Virus record (IMG/VR): IMGVR_UViG_3300032292_000321
Location: 1-27,868 of that record
From: a virus
Taxonomy: Duplodnaviria; Caudoviricetes
Length of the DNA stretch: 27,868 nucleotides
Direction: 5' to 3' (one strand)
Positions within the stretch are counted from its first letter, which is position 1; every line of letters begins with the position of its first letter. The translations under genes were made by a program, and so were the position numbers. The notes below the pieces were generated by a model. It saw nothing but the letters and a program-made list of their open reading frames with translations. It was not told where the DNA came from and did no database searches. Below are positions 23,573-27,868 of the stretch, piece by piece.

Positions 23573-24373
23573 ATGACTGTCTATCTTTCCCCGTTTGCTG
23601 GCGCCGGCGCGCAGTTCTTTACCGACGACAACCAAGTTCTGTCCGGCGGAAAGATTTACTCATACGCTGCAGGCACCACTACTCCCATCAACACGTACAC
23701 CGCTGTTGACGGTACTACGGCTAACTCTAACCCGATTATCTTAGACTCCGGCGGGCGTTTGCCGCAGGACATGTGGCTTACTGAAGGCCAAAAGTACAAG
23801 TTCGTGCTCACCGATTCTACCGACGTGCAGATCGGCGAGTACGACGACATTCCTGGTATTAACGATCTGTCGACGGGCACCGTGCCTTGGGCGTCGATTA
23901 CCGGCACGCCTACGACCTTGGCGGGATACGGTATTACCGATGGCATCACCGCTGCTACGGTAGCCGCCACGTATGCGCCGAAAGCGTCGCCCACTTTTAC
24001 CGGCACGCCGTTAATTCCCGATAACGACACGGTTAGCGCGAACTATGCGGTGGGCTACCGAGAAGCCCCGCAAGTTAGCAAGACGGCTAATTATCAGTTG
24101 GTGCTGGCCGATCGCGGCAAGTCGATTTTGATGAATGGCGCGTCGCTAACGCTGACCATTCCAGCCAACTCGGCTGTCGCGTTCCCGATCGGTACGGTCA
24201 TCATCATCGTCAACATTAACGCTTTGGCACTTTCGATCGCCATCACGACCGACACGCTGACGCTTGCCAACAGCACTACGACGGGCACACGCACACTGGC
24301 GCGTAACGGTCTTGCCACTTGCGTCAAGATCGGCAGCACGTCGTGGCTGATTAGCGGAGCGGGATTGACCTAA
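23573..24373 (+). CDS. Tail fibre with P22 head-binding-like N-terminal domain
   Basis: QFF..D...LSGGKIY.Y.AGTTTP...NPIILDSGG N-terminus; WASITGTPTTLAGYGITDG and ASPTFTGTP fibre motifs. Confidence 0.7.
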   Translation: MTVYLSPFAGAGAQFFTDDNQVLSGGKIYSYAAGTTTPINTYTAVDGTTANSNPIILDSGGRLPQDMWLTEGQKYKFVLTDSTDVQIGEYDDIPGINDLSTGTVPWASITGTPTTLAGYGITDGITAATVAATYAPKASPTFTGTPLIPDNDTVSANYAVGYREAPQVSKTANYQLVLADRGKSILMNGASLTLTIPANSAVAFPIGTVIIIVNINALALSIAITTDTLTLANSTTTGTRTLARNGLATCVKIGSTSWLISGAGLT

Positions 24374-25032
24374 TGGGCGGCGCTACTTTAGCCGCCGCTA
24401 TTTTTGGTACGACCGGCGGGTCAGGCGCCGGCGTATACGATTTTTCTGAAGGCGCTGGTTTTGTGACCATCCCTGCAGGCGCCACGGGCCTCACCCTTGA
24501 AGTTTGGGGCGGCGGCGGTGGCGGTGGTTGGGGCACCGTCACTAACATCTTTGGTGAGTTTGCTTACGAGCCCCAAGACAATCCGGGCGGTGGCGGCGGT
24601 AGCGGCGCGTATGCCAAAACCGTATTGGTGATCAGCGGCGGCGATATAGGCAAAACGATTGCATACGGCGTCGGTACGTTAGGATACGCAGGCACTAACG
24701 GCGACCCGGTTGGCGGCTCCGGCGGTATATCGTCCGCGTCAGCTGGCACGTATGCCCTTGCAGAGATGATCTGCACCGGCGGCTTTGGCGGGTACGGCGG
24801 TCTGGGCATCAACGGCGGCCGTCAAGGCGCCGGCGGTACGGCGTCAGGCGGCAACACTACTAACACCAACGGCAACGGCGGCGCAGCGTTTACGCAAGCG
24901 GGCGGTACGCCCATTACCGGCGACAACTCCTTAGTTGGAGGCGGTGGCGGTAATGGTGGCGATCCTGTCGAGGGCGGCGATGATGGGCAAGTCGGTTCAA
25001 GCGGCCGAGTTCGCTTCGTATTTACCTTTTAG
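24373..25032 (+). CDS. Glycine-rich fibre-tip/adhesin-like protein (219 aa)
   Basis: EVWGGGGGGG, GGGGGSGAY and further polyglycine tracts; TAATG coupling to the fibre gene. Confidence 0.7.
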   Translation: MGGATLAAAIFGTTGGSGAGVYDFSEGAGFVTIPAGATGLTLEVWGGGGGGGWGTVTNIFGEFAYEPQDNPGGGGGSGAYAKTVLVISGGDIGKTIAYGVGTLGYAGTNGDPVGGSGGISSASAGTYALAEMICTGGFGGYGGLGINGGRQGAGGTASGGNTTNTNGNGGAAFTQAGGTPITGDNSLVGGGGGNGGDPVEGGDDGQVGSSGRVRFVFTF

Positions 25033-25039
25033 GTGACAC

Positions 25040-25375
25040 ATGGCAGTTAATGTCAAGGTATTGATCCCGGCCAAAATCGCCGAAAACACGCAGACTACGC
25101 AATACACGGCTAATGGCGTTACGACCATTATCGACAAGTTTACGGCGACCAACTACAGCGGTTCGGCCGCTACGTTGTCGGTAAACTTAGTCACCGCGCT
25201 TGACGGCGCAGGCAACCAAAACCTAATCGTAAAAACAAAAACGCTGCAGGCGTCGGAGACGTACACGTTTCCTGAGCTTGTAGGCGCCGCTATAGCCCCT
25301 AGTGGATTCATCTCCACGCTGGCGGGTACGGCTTCGGCGATTAACATTCGCGCATCTGGGCGAGAGATTTCGTGA
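25040..25375 (+). CDS. Virion-associated hypothetical protein (111 aa)
   Basis: RBS AGGTG; beta-rich; GTGA overlap with the next gene. Confidence 0.7.
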   Translation: MAVNVKVLIPAKIAENTQTTQYTANGVTTIIDKFTATNYSGSAATLSVNLVTALDGAGNQNLIVKTKTLQASETYTFPELVGAAIAPSGFISTLAGTASAINIRASGREIS

Positions 25376-25830
25376 TCGTCCGCCGCGCCACGCTCGAGGA
25401 TCTGCCGGCGTATCTGCCGATGGGGCAAGCGTTTCATGACGCAAGCCCTATGCACCAAGTCATCCCGTTTGACCCGGAAGGCTTTAGCCAGTTCTACAAA
25501 TCGGCGCTGGAGAACCCGCACGCCGGCATGTGGATTACGGAAGTCGACGGGCGCCCGGTCGGCATCGCTGGCGCTCTGGCCTACCCCATGTATTTCAGCC
25601 CTTCGCATCTGGTTGCGCAGGAGCTCTGGTGGTGGCTTGCGCCAGAGGCTCGAGGGCATGGCGCTGGACAAGCGATGTATGATGCAATAGAAGCATGGGC
25701 AAATGAGCAAGATGTGTCCGCCTTGTTCATGATTGCGTTAGAAGACGAACGGGCACCGCAGATGGAAAAGTTATACGCCCGCAAGGGGTTCCGTCCGATG
25801 GAACGCACGTTTTTCAAAGAGGTCGCATAA
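25372..25830 (+). CDS. GNAT-family acetyltransferase
   Basis: IVRRATLED start; WWLAPEARGHGAG acetyl-CoA motif A; KLYARKGF motif B. Confidence 0.88.
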   Translation: MIVRRATLEDLPAYLPMGQAFHDASPMHQVIPFDPEGFSQFYKSALENPHAGMWITEVDGRPVGIAGALAYPMYFSPSHLVAQELWWWLAPEARGHGAGQAMYDAIEAWANEQDVSALFMIALEDERAPQMEKLYARKGFRPMERTFFKEVA

Positions 25831-26577
25831 ATGGCCATTAGTACCGCCGCAGCAGTTTTAGGTAGCGCCGTCATTGGCGGCGCCGTTGCATCTCGAGGCG
25901 CCAGCAAAGCCGCTAAAGCACAAGATCGCGCGACTCAAGAAGCCGCCGCCGTTCAGCGTGAGGCGCTGGCACGACAGGAAGAACTGTCCCGCCCGTATCG
26001 TGAGCAGGGCATCGAAGCGCAAAACGCGCTGGCTCGCATGGCGGGGCTGGGCACCGACACTGGCGCCCCCGACTACGGCGTGCTGGGACGACCGTTTGGC
26101 GAAAACGAACTGGTCGTTGACCCCGGCTACGGTTTTCGTCTGAAAGAAGGCATGCGCGACCTTGACCGCCGTTTGTCGGCGGGCGGGCGCATGTTCTCAG
26201 GCGGTGCAATTAAGGCCGGCCAGCAGTACGGTCAGGAGCTTGCGTCGCAGGAGTACCAGAACGCGTTTACCCGCGCGATGGAGCTGCGCATGCAACGCGG
26301 TAACGCTTTGGCGGGTTTGTATGGCGGCGGCTTGCAAGCCGCTGTGGGCTTTGGCCGCGACGTTGGCGAGTCTGCAGCGAACGTCGGTAACTTGATGACG
26401 TCGGGCGGCGCTGCTCGCGCCTCGGGCTACGTCGGGCAGGCCAACGCGCTCAATCAAGCGCTTGGCACTGGCACAAACTATCTGATCCAACGCGATCTGC
26501 TCAACCGCATCTATCCGACCGGCGGCGCTGGCGGCGCCAGTGTACCGTCAGGCGTCGGCGCCCAAGGCGTAATCTAA
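25831..26577 (+). CDS. DNA ejection/transfer protein, P22 gp7-like
   Basis: Gly/Ala-rich hydrophobic N-terminus, PYR..G..A, DPGY.FR..EG, SGGA.KA.QQYGQ.LASQEY. Confidence 0.75.
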   Translation: MAISTAAAVLGSAVIGGAVASRGASKAAKAQDRATQEAAAVQREALARQEELSRPYREQGIEAQNALARMAGLGTDTGAPDYGVLGRPFGENELVVDPGYGFRLKEGMRDLDRRLSAGGRMFSGGAIKAGQQYGQELASQEYQNAFTRAMELRMQRGNALAGLYGGGLQAAVGFGRDVGESAANVGNLMTSGGAARASGYVGQANALNQALGTGTNYLIQRDLLNRIYPTGGAGGASVPSGVGAQGVI

Positions 26578-26589
26578 GCGAGGTTCGTC

Positions 26590-27868
26590 ATGGCTATTGA
26601 TCCGCGTATTGCATTAGGCGTTCAGCCGGTACAGATTCAATCGCCGCTAGAAGTGGCGAATCAGATCGCGGGCATGCGCGAGGCCGAACAGCGCAACGCG
26701 CTGGTTCAACGGCAGATACAAGCTCAAGAGCGCGCGCTGACCGAACAAAACGCGCTGCGCCGCCGCATCTCATCACCGGACTTTTTTAAGCAGCCTAACG
26801 CTCTTGAGTCGCTGGTTGGCGAGTTCGGCCAAACGGGCGCGGACTTAGCTAAAGCAATAACCGACGCTCGTAAATCAGAGTCTGACGCGCTTAAGACTGA
26901 ACGCGAGCGCAAGATTGAAGAGTCGCGCCAGCTGTTTGATATTTTAGGCGTAGCTGAAGACGACGATAGTTGGGCGCAAGTCTATAGCCAAGCTGAACAA
27001 GCCGGGCTTGACCTCACCAACGTCCCGCAAAAGTGGAACCCGTTGTGGACAAAGAACGCCCAGCGCCGCGCGTTGGGCTACGTTAAGTTTCTTGAAAACG
27101 AGCGTGAAAACGACAAGCTCGCGCTAGAGCAGGATAAGTTTGGGCTGAGTAAAGATCGGTTAGCGTTTGAAAGAGATCAAGAAGCATGGAAACGTGCAAA
27201 CCCAGAACTTGACCTTGTAGAAACACCGCTTGGATACCTTGCGGTCAACAGACGTAACCCCAGCGATGTGCGCCCGGTAATGATTAACGGTAAACAGGTT
27301 ACGGGCGCTGTCAGTCAAAAGGCCACAGAAGATCAGCTCAAAACCGCGTACAACGCCGATCGCATGCTGTCCTCGGGTGAAGTAATTGGTAAAGCGCTGA
27401 AAGAAAATCCCAGCGCTGAAAAGCCGGGCTTTTTTGAAACCGTAGTAGGAAGCACGCCGTTTATTAAAGGCGCGGTCAACTTTGTGCGCGACGATCAACG
27501 CCAGCAGATTGCCGCTGCTCAAGTGCAGCTGGCCGACGCGTTGTTGTATCTCGCCACGGGCGCGGCCTACAACGAGCTGCAGTACACCAACAACCAAAAC
27601 GCGGTGATCCCCGCGTTTTCGGATGGCGCGCCTGCAATCAAAACCAAGCGCAAGCTGTTTCTCGACCAAGTGTCGGCAGCTAAACGTCGAGCGGCGGCGG
27701 CGTGGACGCCAGAGCATGAAGCTATCTACAAGGACATGCTCAAAATGTACGACACGCCGTTAGCTCCGCCGCCAGGCGCAATGAAAGAGCTGCTGGCAGA
27801 TCCGTCGCCAGAAGCGCGCAAAGAGTTTGACGAACAGTTTGGCGCTGGCGCTGCGGATAAAGTGCTCA
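26590..27868 (+). CDS. Second ejection/internal virion protein (runs off window; not in ORF track)
   Basis: ATG 26590 after GAGGT. MAIDPRIALGVQPVQIQSPLE... with Gln/Ala/Glu-rich helices; the same frame reads ...EFDEQFGAGAADKVL at the window end and I saw no in-frame stop. Confidence 0.75.
   Translation, partial: MAIDPRIALGVQPVQIQSPLEVANQIAGMREAEQRNALVQRQIQAQERALTEQNALRRRISSPDFFKQPNALESLVGEFGQTGADLAKAITDARKSESDALKTERERKIEESRQLFDILGVAEDDDSWAQVYSQAEQAGLDLTNVPQKWNPLWTKNAQRRALGYVKFLENERENDKLALEQDKFGLSKDRLAFERDQEAWKRANPELDLVETPLGYLAVNRRNPSDVRPVMINGKQVTGAVSQKATEDQLKTAYNADRMLSSGEVIGKALKENPSAEKPGFFETVVGSTPFIKGAVNFVRDDQRQQIAAAQVQLADALLYLATGAAYNELQYTNNQNAVIPAFSDGAPAIKTKRKLFLDQVSAAKRRAAAAWTPEHEAIYKDMLKMYDTPLAPPPGAMKELLADPSPEARKEFDEQFGAGAADKVL

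Noticed and set aside
27160-27717. 185-aa minus-strand ORF
   Set aside because: Antisense to the plus-strand ejection-protein frame starting at 26590.
1-27868. Integrase, att site, tRNA, additional ribozymes or stop-codon reassignment
   Set aside because: None recognised. I saw no hammerhead core in the other intergenic gaps, and genes read through under the standard code. A covariance-model scan would be needed to exclude other RNA classes.

Overview
This window is a 27.9 kb piece of a tailed dsDNA phage genome with a P22-like (short-tailed) virion module and a GC-rich, probably proteobacterial host (the host is an inference). It has four parts. (1) A rightward replication pair: a family A DNA polymerase, truncated by the window edge, and a primase-helicase. 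(2) A convergent leftward operon (about 7394 to 3650) of short, translationally coupled genes. These include a two-domain DnaN/beta-clamp homologue, an acidic ArdA-like DNA mimic, a DnaJ-type zinc-finger protein and several membrane peptides missing from the ORF track. (3) A ~750 bp non-coding control region with divergent promoters and convergent iterons around an AT-rich core, a likely replication origin. (4) A rightward late module: terminase, small basic proteins, portal, a fibre/tailspike cassette placed before scaffold and capsid, gp4/gp10-like tail proteins, a second fibre module, a GNAT protein and ejection proteins. The most striking unannotated element is a complete type II hammerhead ribozyme fold on the minus strand at 7112-7161, with a U at the conserved A9 position. 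It lies between the first and second genes of the leftward operon, directly upstream of a ribosome-binding site. No integrase, lysis genes, tRNA or CRISPR array were recognised. All family calls come from motifs recognised by eye; no database search was run.
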